Shown in pieces: positions 49,137 to 62,700 of a stretch of 64,000 bases of DNA. The position numbers and the translations under genes are program-made. The notes below the pieces were generated by a model. That model saw only the letters and a list, made by a program, of their open reading frames with translations. It was not told the origin of the DNA and did no database searches. Within the stretch, counting starts at the first letter, position 1. Each line of letters begins with the position of its first letter. The stretch is from Psilocybe cubensis (taxonomy: Eukaryota): positions 2,356,001 to 2,420,000 of the forward strand of contig CM038999.1 of the NCBI GenBank assembly GCA_017499595.2, written 5' to 3'.

Positions 49137-50921
49137 ATGGCTGGACTGGAACCACTTGTTCCTCATATATACCATGAAAGGCAGCAAGAAGGGTCTATGC
49201 TGTGTGCCCAGCATGCCCTCAATTCTCTTCTTCGTATGTTCCCTTTTATGTCTTCTGCGGGTTCATTGACAAAAGTTTTTCTCAGAGGGAAATTATGTGC
49301 GTGTTCAGTTCCAGAAAATACTAAATTTTAGTCGTTTATCCCTCTTGATAGTTCACTGCGCCAGACCTTTCTGACATTGCACGAAGCCTTGACTCGCTGG
49401 AAGAAAGCTATGACGACAGCAATACAGGACAGACAAGCACAAATATGGATGACACAGGTCCGTTGAGCTAGACTCACCTGGTGCATGTCGCTGATTTTGA
49501 AACTTGTTGCAGGGTTTTTTTCTGTTCAAGTGTTGGATAATGCGTTGAGAGTTTGGGGACTTAAGTAATTGCGATTTATTTCTTACATACCAAAAGACTC
49601 ACGTATTCTCGAAAATAAGCCTCACAAGATGGCGAGGAGAAGAAATGCGTCCATACCAAGATCACCCACAGTGAGTTTCATTCAGATCTTTTCTCATATC
49701 CTTAGACAACCGACATGATTGGACCCTACTTAAGGACGCAACTTGCATTTATTCTGAACCTGGAGCAACATTGGTTCACACTACGTCGATTTGGAAAGGC
49801 CAGCCCCAATATAGACCTAGACGAAGGGGATGGCCATTGGTTTAACCTGAATTCATTCCTTCCCGCTCCGGAATGGGTAGGTAAATTATATCTAGGTATG
49901 GTTTTGCAACAAGCAGAAACGGAAGGTACGATATCCTGATTTCTTCAATGCTATATACGTATTCATAGATACAGGCTACTCTGTATTCGCCGTGACACAA
50001 GCCAACCCTGATGCACCATTAGCCCTTCCGCGAACAGAGGCAGACATAATTGCATCAACACTCCCGGAACCTACTTCTGCCACTTCCAGCGTACGCCTTC
50101 GAACATCCCATGATACTGTCAAACACACGAACACACTCCCGGCACATTCTGGAGATCTCAATCTGGATGAAGAGGATCTGGAATTGCAGGCCGCGTTGCA
50201 AGCATCACTTATGGGCGTGGAACAACATGGTGAAGTCGAAGAGAACGAAGAAGATGACGAAGGCCTGGCGTCAGCTGTGTTATCTCCTGTAGGATTTGGC
50301 ACTCCCCAATTTCAACACACTTTAAGGTCGGCCACATCTGCGGTTGGTTCTGGGTCACGAACGAGCCAACCGCCTTCTTTCAGTGAATCTCCTGATAGTG
50401 GGCAGGCAGATTTAGACCCTATTGCCGCAAGCATGGAGAGAAATAGATTTCTACTTCAGAGAATGAAGCGACAGCAAGAATTTGCACAGAGAGAAATGTG
50501 GAGTGAGTCGGATCTGACACCGGAAGAGCAAATTGCATTAGCAGAAAGGAGAGAGCGAAGGAGGAGGCAAGAAGAAGAAGAAGAAGAAGAACTACGGCGA
50601 GCCATTGAAGAAAGCCAAGCTCTCGCCGAGGAACAACGTTTAGGGAAAGGGCGTGACCCTATGGACGTCGATTCTCCGAGCAAAGATTACCTTTCTACCT
50701 CCAATTTCGTAACATATGACGATGGGGATGCAGAACTTCAAGCAGCACTCAAAGCCTCTTTGGAGCATCCTTTATCGCAACAAGCTCAGACATCTACCTC
50801 AACAGACGATGCGGAGTCGGTACTTTCTGATACTACTAGTGCCATGGAAGATGTTTCTGCTTCAGCAACTACCCCGACCTTAGATGAAATTCGGCAACGC
50901 CGTCTTGCTCGCTTTGGTTAG
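49137..50921 (+). CDS. ATXN3: Ataxin-3-like deubiquitinase (Josephin domain + UIMs)
   Basis: 'IYHERQQEGSMLCAQHALNSLL' (catalytic Cys), 'NMDDTGFFSVQV', 'EQHWFTLRRF...WFNLNS'; UIMs 'EEDLELQAALQASL', 'EELRRAIEES', 'DAELQAALKASL'; C-terminal 'DEIRQRRLARF'. Confidence 0.92.
50571..50591 (+). repeat. (GAA)7 microsatellite encoding poly-Glu in ataxin-3
   Basis: Read directly from the sequence. Confidence 0.85.
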
Positions 50922-51231
50922 TAGATGAAGGCTGTCTTGCGTCTAATGAAAGCAACGCGAAAATTTGTTGCCAGAGATATAAAGTATTGAAGGTGTATGA
51001 GAAGCAGTAGAATGAACCATTACATACAAAGTGATTGGAGGTAGGGGGTGGCAAATCTGTTCATAAAATAGATATTACAACGATACGAAAGATAACTAAC
51101 ATGTAAATCATTTTTCAGGTTCACATTACTAGAAAGATAATTTACATGATTGTATGATACTTTACAAAGTTGGGTGGTATTTACAAGTGGTTTGCAATGG
51201 GACAAATAAGAATGTTAGGGATAGTGGTGAA

Positions 51232-53351
51232 TTACATTCCAGAATACATAGAAGTGCTGGGGGCGGTAGGCATGTATGGATCGGTGGGATCAGCTTCATC
51301 ACCGCGCCTTCTTCTCTGCCTCCTATGAGCAAATCGCAGGTAACGAGAGAATCGTCCTCTGTTGCCATTCCCACGGGCATGGGGGACTTGTTCATCTATT
51401 TCTCCCTGTTCAAAGTCATGCTCATCATCTTCATGACCAGCGATCATATGTTCCAGAGCAAGGAAATCTAAAGTTCATTACATGAGAACCATTGATTGAA
51501 TGTTTAGGAAAATGTATACCGTGACGACAGATAGGGCAAGAACTAGAAAGTTTGAGAAGCCAGGGGTCAACACAATTTTGATGGAAGCAATGTTTGCCTT
51601 CGCACGGCAGAACACGAATATCATCTCCCTCTTCGAAGTCTACAATGCAAATCGGGCAAGTTTCGCGCCCGATTGATGCTGGCACAACGTCATCTTGCGC
51701 TGGTAAGGAAGATTCTGGGGGGATATCTCGTGACGTTCCTTCTCCAAGGCCAACAAAGGGTCGCTGTCTGCTAGCTAGGTTATCACTAGCATTTTGTAGG
51801 GCTGATAGTGAATGACTGTTGGGTATATCTCGTGACCCCGATGAATTGTGATCTTGCAACTCCTGTTCCTGATCCGTTTGTCGACTACCTGGAGCTGAGC
51901 AGCTTGAGGACTCTGCAAGGTTTAGGCCGGCATCAGCAAGCGTGTTGGCTCCACTACCGGTCGGAATTGCACCCATTTCAATGTTGTAGCTTGAACTCTG
52001 AACCTCTGAATCTTTGTCGAGCGGATATCTTGGGGAGGAAGGTGATTGTGATGGTCCAGCTTGATTGCTACCAAATTTCACAATCGGAAAGGTATCAAGA
52101 ATGGCACGAGTCAACCCTCTTGCACGGCTTTGAGGCGGTCCTCCATCACCCCCCATACGAGCACGAGGGCCATACCGCTCAGGATGTCGGATTGCCCGAA
52201 TTGCCTGTACATCATAGTTGAAATATATACATATCTGGGACTTAATAAGATCGCTTACACCGGATATAATGACAATGCAGAACAACGCTGACACGCAACC
52301 AGTGATGGCATAAAGAATAATCCTGGAGGACAGCGGTGCTGATCAGATAGGATACAGAAATTAGAATTACAGAATACACGAACATGGCAAGGGCAGTATT
52401 AGGAGGGTTGTTACCCGTACCTGCGCTTGTAGCATCACTAGTGGGATTTCCAGGGCCAGAGGTATTGTCTATGGCGTTGTACGCCTGGAGGACGGTCAAC
52501 AGATATCCAGGAGAAACTGGGACACCCTCATTGATGGATCGTTGAATATCGTTCGCAGAGTTATTCAGCATTGCAGAGTTATAGTTACGAAGACTTTTAT
52601 TTGCGCTCAGTTGACCGAATTGATATTCTATGAGATGGGAACTTGTGGAGCTTTGGGTTGAGAATATGTCGAACACTTGATCAAAAGTAGCTGGATCAGA
52701 GTATTCACGATTGATAACACATGCCGTTGAGTACAGCGAGAACAAGAGCTAAAGAACATTTAGTGGTTTAAAGTCCAAGTAAATAGCACTTACCGCCGAA
52801 ACAGCACCTTTATCTCGAGCCAAAGTAAAGATATCCACTTCCATGGAAGCATTGGTGGCATTCTTGTCACAAGATACCAGAGCTATCCAAGGAGTTAAGG
52901 CTTTCCAAGACGTCAGTTATGATATCAACTGGCGAAATAATGAAAGAAGACCAACTTGGAGCTGTAAAGGTGTCCGCCATTTCCTCAGAAAAATGGACTA
53001 GAGCACCCTTGAGAGATATTAGGCAAACTATAGAAATAGAGGGGCGTTAAAGCCTCACTTTACTAATCCCTTTGCTATCATTTCCCGCTAATTGGTAGGA
53101 GACGTGCTCGAAATAAGACCTGGAAGTCATGATGGTTAAAACTATTGAAGCCATTGAAGAGCCACACACAGTGTAACTGACCCATTTGAGTACCACTGAA
53201 TGCGAAGACTTGATATATCTGTTATGTTTAGTCCGCCTGCAATGGCATCATGGGTCGAATTTGTGGGAGATGCTGGAATATAGGCTAGGACGGGCTGCCA
53301 AAGAAAGGAGAACCCGAGACCGATGGGGACAACGAGTTCAAGGACGAACAT
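51232..53351 (-). CDS. Single-pass transmembrane RING-H2 E3 ubiquitin ligase (PA-TM-RING-like architecture)
   Basis: Signal peptide, lumenal domain, TM 'ILYAITGCVSALFCIVIISG', 'RGLTRAILDTFPIVKF', RING-H2 'CPICIVDF...LPC..KHCFHQNCVDPWL...CPICR'. Confidence 0.87.
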
Positions 53352-53719
53352 GGCGGGAGAGAGAAAGTGACCTGAGAACAAGAGGACGCCCTTGCCTGCT
53401 ATAGGCCAAAAGGCCGCAAAAGATCAAGCGTACTCAAGCAAAACGACGACCGTGGAAGACTCAACACGCGGACTCAGACTCGATGCTATAAGTACCCTAT
53501 ATATACACGTGATCATTCGGGACCTTTTGCCCCTATTCTGACTACTAACAGTACTACGTCAATAACGCGAAACCAATCACATTTAGGGCCTCCAACATGG
53601 GAAATCCGAAAGAAGAACTCGATTTTGCCATCTCAAGCACTCGGATATGAATGTTATCCCGGTTCCATACCTGCAAATATCCCCACAGTGTGAAACACAC
53701 ATCCGCAATGTTTGACAGA

Positions 53720-56188
53720 TCAGCCACTGCTCCCTCTCTTCAAGCTTTGCATCATCTGCGCTAGCGATATTCGATTCGAGGTATTGGCTCCTTCTTGCTG
53801 GTCCATGGCTTCTGCATAACTGTGCCAATGATTAGCTGCCATCTGAAAATAGGATGCACGGCACTTACAGCAATTTGTAACGTACGAGCTCTTCTTCCAT
53901 CTCCTCGTTCTTTAAACGCTGTTTTACAAGTTCATTCTTTTTGGGAACTACGTCAGTGAAACATTGGAGGAGGTCACCAATACTAACCAAAACTTCGACA
54001 TGTTCAACATTCAACTGAGCCAAACTATTCTCCAAAGCTTTGCTAAGACGGCTTGGTTCAGGTATGCTGCGGGTTCTTTACAAATGCCGATACATACACT
54101 TGAGTCAATAAACTTCGATTGGTACTTCGAAGTTCATCTATTTGAATGGCATGTTTATTTATCTCACGCTGGATAGTATCGTCAAGTTATCATGATAGAA
54201 GGATCACATTGATACACACATACCAAGTTGTCTTCGTATTCATGTCTGTAGCAATCAAGCATAAATGGTGTTATGCGCAAGGATACCGCATCCGTCACAA
54301 AATCATCTACTCTGTATTTGGCTGAGTCGTCAGCAAGCCCAGATTCGCCTTCGATCTATTGTTTGCATGAATCAAGTTTTCAGCCTAAAGAAAGATCGTT
54401 ACAGTTACCTACCAGATAACAGTCCAATAGTTTTGTATTTAAAAATGCCAGTATTTCATCAAATTTGAGGGAGAGAAGAGTGTCTTCATTCTTTTTCAGC
54501 AAGATAATACTAAAACCAAATATAGCTTCAATGCCATTGGCAAGGCAATTGTCGTATATTCGGAATACAATATCAAGAGGGAATCTATATATCTTTTAGT
54601 TGACGAAACGATGGGAACCACGTATACTCACCGATAACTGAATAAGGTTAAAAACCATTGGGAACAGTACATTGTAGATTTAATGCCTTGACGCAAGAAA
54701 TGAACGTGAAGAACGGGTAACATATCCTCAACCAGACGGTCGAACTAGATATCCTATGAGGGGAAGAATGCCTTTTTGAATTGATGATGCTTACTTGGAA
54801 CTAGATGCACCATTATCAGATCTCAAAGATAAGCAAAAAAAAATCCGATTCACTGACCAGGCGCATGTGAAGTTTTGGCATCTCTGGCAAAAAATGTCCT
54901 TGAAGATCATATACGGACATTAATCTGACTAGAAGAGAAAACGCCTCTTCATCTGGCATCTGAATTTAACGGATTTAATGCACAGTGGTATATATATATA
55001 TAACATACACTCACATTCAAGAGGAGAATGGCCACAATAAATGGCAAGCCTTGACAATAACCCACCAGGGGATCATATCTTATCCAGAGTCGTCAGAATT
55101 TGTTATACCGCCTTACAAGTCCAACCCACAAAGAATATGCCTTCAAGACATTGTATAAATTTTCCTGGCCAATTCCCTGCCCATCGGTAAAGACAGCGTG
55201 ATGAGGAAGAGTCCTGTATCAAAGGTGAGCGTCTATTCTTCGACGCTGTATTTTTTGAATCATCCTCACCTTCCCAGATCGTTTTTGATGGCTTTCTCGT
55301 GTTTGCTCGGTTCCTTGAGTAGATTTAAGTACGTTGTTTCAAGTTCGGGATCTTTCGAGGCCGCCCTACACACAGCACAAAATAGTTTGGATGAATTGTA
55401 AGGATAACTCTAAAAAAGAAAAATAGGCACATGTGTTGCCACATCATTCCTCGAAGGGTTGGAGGGATGCCTCGTTGAATAGCTTGAGCCAGTTCTTCGG
55501 GACGCTCAGAAGCAAAGCCGCCGTAGTCTTGACGGAACCAGTTAATTGGGCAGAAGTATGTGTCTTGACCGGCATACCAGATATTACTGCTCCCCAGAAA
55601 TCTATTTTAGGAGTATCAGAAATGAGACGGACAAGCAGAATATAATATTCACTCACCCCAATCAATTGCACCCTCCTTGGCAGTATTCACCTCTGTTTCT
55701 CTCTCCTGTAATCTTGCGAATTCCTCCTGTAGTTTGACTTGACCGTCAATGCTGCCCCGTGCTTTACCCCCATTCTCTTGCAAGTCTAGACGATTCATGA
55801 ATACCGATGCTGTTGGCTCATGACCAGAACGGATTGTAGTTGTAGAAGCCGTCTTTCTATGAGATTTTGGAGGAGAAAATTGAAGGGTTGAAATATTTGG
55901 CAATGAAGTGCTGTTAGGGCGACTGGAAGTCTCATTTTCAGGCTGAGAGTCTGGCGTCTCTTGGTTACTAGGAAGTGCAGTCAAAGCAATCGGAGAGAAA
56001 GAGTCGTCGTCGAGAGCAATATCGTTGAATTCGGTGACCGCTACGGATTCTCGGGCCAACGATCGGTCATTGAATGATTGGCTGACCTGCGGTGAACGTA
56101 ATGCGTCCAAGTCCAAAGGGTCAGGTCGAGGAGTATCCACAGCTGCTACTGCAATAGGTAAATCGAAGGTAGTATGTTCTGAGGACAT
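53720..56188 (-). CDS. TBC-domain Rab GTPase-activating protein (Gyp5/EVI5-like) with C-terminal coiled coil
   Basis: 'IDWDFWGAVISDY', 'GIPPTLRGMMW', 'IKNDLGRTFP', 'YDPLVGYCQGLPF', 'MPDEEAFSLLVRLM', 'QWFLT'; many short exons. Confidence 0.88.
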
Positions 56189-56715
56189 TGGTGGTTTTAA
56201 AATGCCAAGTTCATGTGGTTATTTATGATATTGATTGAAATATTGATAACCCTGAAGGTGGTTGACTGTCCTCGAAGACCGGCTCCGTATTACAAACTGA
56301 CTGTGAAGAAGAAAATTAAGACGTCAGAAATAAAACCGACACATTCGAATCCTGAATCTTATGTAAGTGGTACCAAGGAATGTGGTCGCCGAAGACAAAT
56401 AAAAAGCGAAAGCAAAGCAAAAGAAATGTCCCAGTGAAGTCGACTTTGTAAATTTATTTTCATGTTTTTATCTACTACAGGGACCGAGACGCGTTCACAA
56501 AATAAGGCAACAAGTCAAGGTATAGTAAATGGACCGGATCAGGGTATCGGACTGGGAACGATATGATACAACATGTAGAGTGACTATAAGTTAGGATGGA
56601 TATTATACAAAATGCGTAAAACGGGGTAGTTCGTGATGATCGTCAAAGAGAGAAGAATATTAAAATAAGTTGAAAATAAAGTAGCGATAGCGATACCAAG
56701 GGCATTATCAGAACT

Positions 56716-57342
56716 TCAGAAACTGGAATCAGACGTGTCCGAATTGGAACCTGTTGATGTACGTCTGGGATTTGGAGGAGGGATGCTGAGCGAGCCGGTC
56801 AAGTCGGATTGGAGAAAGAGATTTTCGAGTTCTAGAAGGGAATGGCCATCCTTCCACGACTCCGAACTTTCATGGGCACGAACGATTTTCCAACCGAGAT
56901 AGAATGAACAATTGGCGCAAGTAATTTCTTGCATTGTGTGGGCGCCAGTGGCCATGAGTTGGACTCCAGCTTTGGCCAGGAAAACATTTTGGCTAAGCAT
57001 TAAGGATCAGTTACGACTCGGCCTTGACAAACGGAATTAGAAGGACGCACGTCTCAGTAAATAAGGACGCTTTGCCCGAAAAGCCTCTAAAGGTGCGCGA
57101 GTCTGGGGGAATCTAAAGAAGAGTAAGAGCGTTGTCAATGAGCAGAGCAGAAAAGCACTGACCGCTGACTGAGGTAGAAGAAAGTTATGAGATGTGATGC
57201 AGGTGCCGCATTGTTTACATACAAGTGCACGGGGAATTTTAGGAAGGGGACGTGATATCCGCTTTGCTTGGACTGACTCTGGGGGAGTCGCTGGTAATCT
57301 GCGGGGTGTTGTGGACGATTCTGGTCTGGAGAACGCGGACAT
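56716..57342 (-). CDS. Yippee/Moh1-family zinc-binding protein
   Basis: 'CKQC', 'AFRGFSGKASLF', 'LMATGAHTMQEITCANCSFYLGWK'. Confidence 0.85.
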
Positions 57343-57641
57343 GATGATGGGAATGTGATGAGGGCGATGACAAGGCAGATGTCTTTATAACTCCGTCAGA
57401 ACCGAATACTTATGCAGAGAAGGCTGTGATGCCGCTAGTCTGATCAACCCACGATCACACACGTTTCAACAGCGCTACCATCTCAACTTTGCTCTAATGC
57501 ACGCCAATTAAATGTTTCGCGATTTGCAGGAGCACCTTTCCAGCCAAGCTTGATTTTCAAATCCTGGTAGAAGTAGTACCAAGCCGCGTTGAGATAACAG
57601 CTATCTTTAGCTTGCCTCCAGCGTTATCGATAATCTCCTCC

Positions 57642-59291
57642 ATGTCCGAATTTCTCGTTTGCACAGGATCCAAAGTCCTTCTACCTGGGAATGACGAACC
57701 CACCCAGGCTTCCATTGTCATTGACAAGGCATCGGGCAAAATTACACAAGTCCGGCAAGGCCACCATACATCGGACGATCTTGGATTGCACGCTCATACC
57801 GTCGAATGGCTTGATGCAGGAAAGAATGTCGTTCTACCTGGCCTGGTAGAGTGAGTGTGCATCATTGTCATTTTCTCTCATATATTTTATTTATGGATAT
57901 CATAGTGCCCATGTCCATCTCAATGAACCTGGACGCACTGATTGGGAAGGCTTTTGGACAGGCACTAGAGCAGCAGCCTCAGGGGGCATCACTACGTTAG
58001 TCGATATGCCGCTGAACTCTTTGCCCCCTACCACCACTGTATCGAATCTCGAAATCAAGCGACAGGCCGCCCTGAACCAATGCCATACAGATGTTGCTTT
58101 TTGGGGAGGTGTTATTCCCGGAAATCAGGTACCCCTATCGTTTTCCTCTTCATGTCATTTCACTCATACATGACAACGATGTAGGAACATCTTAAGCCTC
58201 TGGTAGCCGCTGGGGTCCGCGGATTCAAATGTTTCTTGATGGAAAGTGGAGTTGAGGTGAGCTTATTCTCATGTCAACGAACATCTCTGCTAATATCTAT
58301 ATTTGATCACCGACTTCATAGGAATTTCCTTGTGTAAATGTGCAAGACCTGCTGGTTTCCATAAAAGAACTCGAGGTATTAACACATCACATATGATTTC
58401 CTCAACTCAACCGTTTTAGGATGCTGGTAGTGTTCTCTTGTTCCACGCTGAACTTCAAGACGGTAACGACAAATCGGAAACTTCAAACCCTAGGGACTAT
58501 TCGACATTTTTATCCTCGCGTCCTGAAAAGCTGGAATTCAATGCAATATCATTGATAGTTAAATTGCAACTAATGTATCCAAGTCTTCGGTGCCATATCG
58601 TTCATCTCTCAGCCGCCTCAGCGCTTCCCCTTATCCGATCTGCCAAAGATGCTGGATTGCCCTTGACTGTCGAAACCTGTTTCCATTACCTATGCCTCTC
58701 TGCAGAAGAGATTCCTGCTGGCCATACAGAATTTAAATGCTGTCCCCCTGTTCGCGAAGAATCCAACAGAAATTTATTATGGGATGCACTCAAAGAGGGT
58801 CTGATTGATTGTGTCGTTTCTGACCATAGTCCTTGTGTCCTCTCTTTAAAAAGACTAGATGATGGTGACATTTTGTCTGCTTGGGGTGGGATCAGCACCC
58901 TTGGACTGGGTCTGAGCTTGTTATGGACTGAAGGGCAGAGAAGAGGAATTGGTCTGGGCCAGATTATTGACTGGATGAGCACTAAGACCGCCCGACACGT
59001 TGGTTTAGGCTCTACAAAGGGCCAGCTAAGGGAAGGTTATGATGGCGATTTCGTCCTGTGGGATCCAGAGGAAGAATTTGAGGCAAGGGCGACACAGTGA
59101 TTGATCTACATTGCACGGCGCTGACTTTGTTCCAGGTTACGAAAGAGTCCTTGCAGTATAAAAATAAGATTTCTCCATACGAAGGGATGATACTCAAAGG
59201 TACCGTCAATCAGACTTACCTCAGGGGTAAGAAGGTATATGACCGCGTGGAGGGATTCCAAGGATTGCCCCCTACAGGACAATTGTTGTAG
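57642..59291 (+). CDS. DAL1: Allantoinase
   Basis: '[50 protein letters not shown]', 'GFKCF', 'FHAEL', 'HIVHLSA', 'ETCFHYL', 'FKCCPP', 'SDHSPC', '[11 protein letters not shown]'. Confidence 0.95.
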
Positions 59292-59497
59292 CCGTAAACT
59301 TACTATAACTCACGATGTATGGTAGTCTTAATAACCTATGATGTCGTGTGCAAAAAGTTTGTACTGGGGCAAAATTGAAAGAAAAGTCCACAGGAAATGA
59401 ATTTTGTGTTCCAGAATTTATTATAATGCAAGCAAAGACAACCTATAATTTCCCACAATAAGAATTCCTTTCATCACGCCGACTTTGCCTATGCAGC

Positions 59498-61990
59498 ATG
59501 CTATCGCGGATGCGAAGTCAGGTTCTGCTTCATAAACCGAACCGTCTTCCATTCAACTCATGGACTGTACCGAGACGATGTATCAGGACTCCTAGTACTT
59601 TACATCCAGCGGTAGGCCGCAGCAACCAGGGTAGAACAAGTCCATGGATTTTATTTCCTGCTTGCGCGGTAATACTCGGCACTGGGTATTATCTTACCTA
59701 TCAAATATCACAGCCATTCAGACACACAGTATTGGCTATTGTTCGATGCTCAAGGGTAGCTGGTATGCATTCGAATTTGAAGTAATACGCAGACTGACCG
59801 ATTCGACAGGTGCTTCCATCTTGAGCGCGATTGATTATAAAGTCACCATGCTTAAATCGTATAAGAATGCAGAACAAGAAACTGAAGCGTATTCGGAATG
59901 TCATACCAGAAGTGCTCAGAGGGTGTTGAAAGCTTTGCTTGCAAATGGAGGTCTGTGCCTGATGTTTTGACGTCATGCTCATTGCTCAATGACACTTGTC
60001 TACAGGCGTTTTCATCAAAATGGGCCAACATATCGCGTCTTTGGTGGTCCTACCCGTTGAGTGGACAAGTACAATGAAGGTGTTACAAGACAAATGTGAA
60101 CCCACACAATACGAAGCACTGGAGGCACTTTTTCTTAGCGACATGGGGGAACCTATCTCAGAAATTTTTGATGACTTTGACCCAGAACCGATTGGTGTAG
60201 CCAGCTTGGCACAGGTGCATATAGGACGACATAAAGCATCAGGAAAAACTGTTGCAGTGAAGGTATTGCACCAATGATTCTTTGTTTAATCTTTTGTCAT
60301 TAATTCTTCACCCTAGTTGCAGCATCCTCATTTGGCAGAGTTTTGCGATGTCGACATGGAAATGGTCGATGCTACTCTTGGTCAGTTGAATCTATATCAT
60401 ACATCCTTTAGACGCAGTGCGCCAATGAACAATGTACAGGATGGATCAAGTACTGGTTTCCGGATTTCGAATTTACCTGGTTAGGGGTGAGTACTCGTAA
60501 CCATTTTATTTGGACTTGGTTTGATGTTGAATTTATACAGGAAGAGATGAGGACCAATCTGCCTAAGGAAATGGACTTTGTTCATGAAGCAAACAATGCT
60601 GCTCGAACGAAAGTCGAATTTGCATGTGTGCGGACTTCTTTGTATATCCCTGAAGTAGTTCTGGCAACGAAAAGGGTATTAATCATGGAATACATAAAAG
60701 GAGGACGCGTAGATGATTTGAAATATCTTTCTGCTTGTGATATCGACCGCAACAAGGTGGCTGTTGAACTCTCTAGGATATTCAATCAAATGGTGTTTGT
60801 CAATGGGTGGTTTCATGCGGTGAGTATTTGACCCACCCCTGGTCGTCCGCATATTGCCTAATTCAACATTATAGGATCCCCACCCTGGTTGGTTTCCATT
60901 CAGCAATTTTCTGGTGCTGTCTAACGATACGATAGGGAATTTGTTGATTAGACCGAAGGTTGCAGGTTCCAAATCCCCGTACAACTTCGAAATTGTCCTC
61001 TTGGATCACGGTCTCTACTTCGATATGGAATCAAAACTGCGCGTGAACTACAGTAAACTTTGGCTATCGCTAATGGCGCCGGCTTCTGAATCTACCATTT
61101 CTGACCGACGGAAACTTGCAGAGCTAGTGGGCAACATTGGTCCTGACTTGGTATGTGGTAGCGTAGCCTTTCTGCTGAGCTCTCATTTACCTCACTGCTA
61201 TCGTAGTACCCTGTGTTTGAGGCAGCTTTGACCGGTAGGGTGGCATTGGAGGGGAGCTGGGATGAACAGAATGATGTCTCCTTTCAACGGGCATCCAGTT
61301 TAATCGACATGGTCCCACAAACAGAAGAAGAAAAGGATGCCATCCGAGCCGCTGTTATGCAAAAAGAGGGTGTATTGCTATCTGTTTTTGATGTCCTGCG
61401 GCGCATTCCAAGGAGAGTGCTCATGGTCCTGAAACTCAACGATTTGACAAGGTATGTATTAACAGGATAAGTGCGATATTAGCCCGTTTCATTGTTACTT
61501 CTTAGGAGCCTTGACCATGCTCTAAAGACAACTCATTCAAACGTAGGCCATCGCGAACCTACCTCCTCTTCGCGAACTTAACTATATCCACTTGATAGGT
61601 TCGGATATTCCTTGTGACTGCCAAGTATTGTAGGTATGCTGTTTGGCGAGACGATAGAGAGCGTCTACTTGATACTATGCGAAGCGCTGGTCTCTTGTCT
61701 CTGAGTCTCCTTACGGACTATTTTTCGTGTTGGTGGTGAGTCTACATTTAATTTCAAAAATCTCTGAATGGCATTCTCATTATTGATGCCTATCTTAAAG
61801 GAGATATCAGCGTGCCTACTTGGAATTGTCTATGGTAGAGTCGCTGATGGATCTTCAGGCGTATTACAAGAGACAAAAAGCGTGGTTTTATGGCTTATGG
61901 CGGAGAGGTCTTAGAGGGGCACACGACGCATCATTTGGATTACCATATTCCTTCAATTCAGATAATTCAATAGTACAACATCAGCATTAA
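59498..61990 (+). CDS. ABC1/UbiB (ADCK1/Mcp2-like) atypical kinase, probably mitochondrial
   Basis: Arg-rich presequence-like N-terminus; 'NGGVFIKMGQH', 'PIGVASLAQVH', 'VAVK.QHP', 'EMDFVHEANN', 'FHADPHPGN', 'LLDHGLY'. Confidence 0.9.
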
Positions 61991-62042
61991 TATGAAACGA
62001 AAAAACCAGTACCCTACACTATCTTTAATGAGTTGGACACCA

Positions 62043-62700
62043 TTACTTTTTCTTGACCTCATCAAGCAGTTTATCAATTGTGCTCATTCCATCCCTTAAT
62101 GACTGCCACTGGAATAAGATGTTAGCCCGCCATGCACGTCAAAAGTAAAAAATAATTATTTACCTGTTCAATCGTCAGAGAAATACCCTTCTTGCCAGGT
62201 TTTTCGTCTCCATCTGCTCCATAAAATTCGCGTATGTCAATCAAGGGGACTCCTTTGAATGATCTAACGGTTGCGCGCTTCTTCTTGCCCAGGTCGATGT
62301 ACTTGTCTCCTTCAGAGGTGGTGTGGATCTTCACCGTTGCCAATGTACTTGATTCCGAATTCTAGATATCAAATCAGTCAACTTAGTATGGACTCGCAAT
62401 AATGTTGTCACGGTCACTGAGCGCTTACTGTGGCAGAGCCCTCGGCGACCTCCTCCTTGACTTCCTCCTTAGCCCTTTTATTGGATGAACTTTTGCCTGA
62501 CTGAGAAATGGTCAACATTATAATTGGTTAGAAGACAACAAATTGTATACAACTTTCTGCTTCAAGTTCTGTACCTGCTTCGTGGGCTTAGTTTTGGCAC
62601 TTTTTTCGCTGTCAGACTCTTCTGCAGAAACAGAGGAGTCTGAAGCTTCGTTTTTAATAAAATCCTCGTCTCCAGATTCGGATATTTTTCTTTTCGGCAT
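62043..62700 (-). CDS. SUB1: PC4/Sub1 ssDNA-binding transcriptional coactivator
   Basis: 'YIDLGKKKRATVRSFKGVPLIDIREFY...PGKKGISLTIEQW'; acidic/basic N-terminus MPKRK... Confidence 0.92.
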
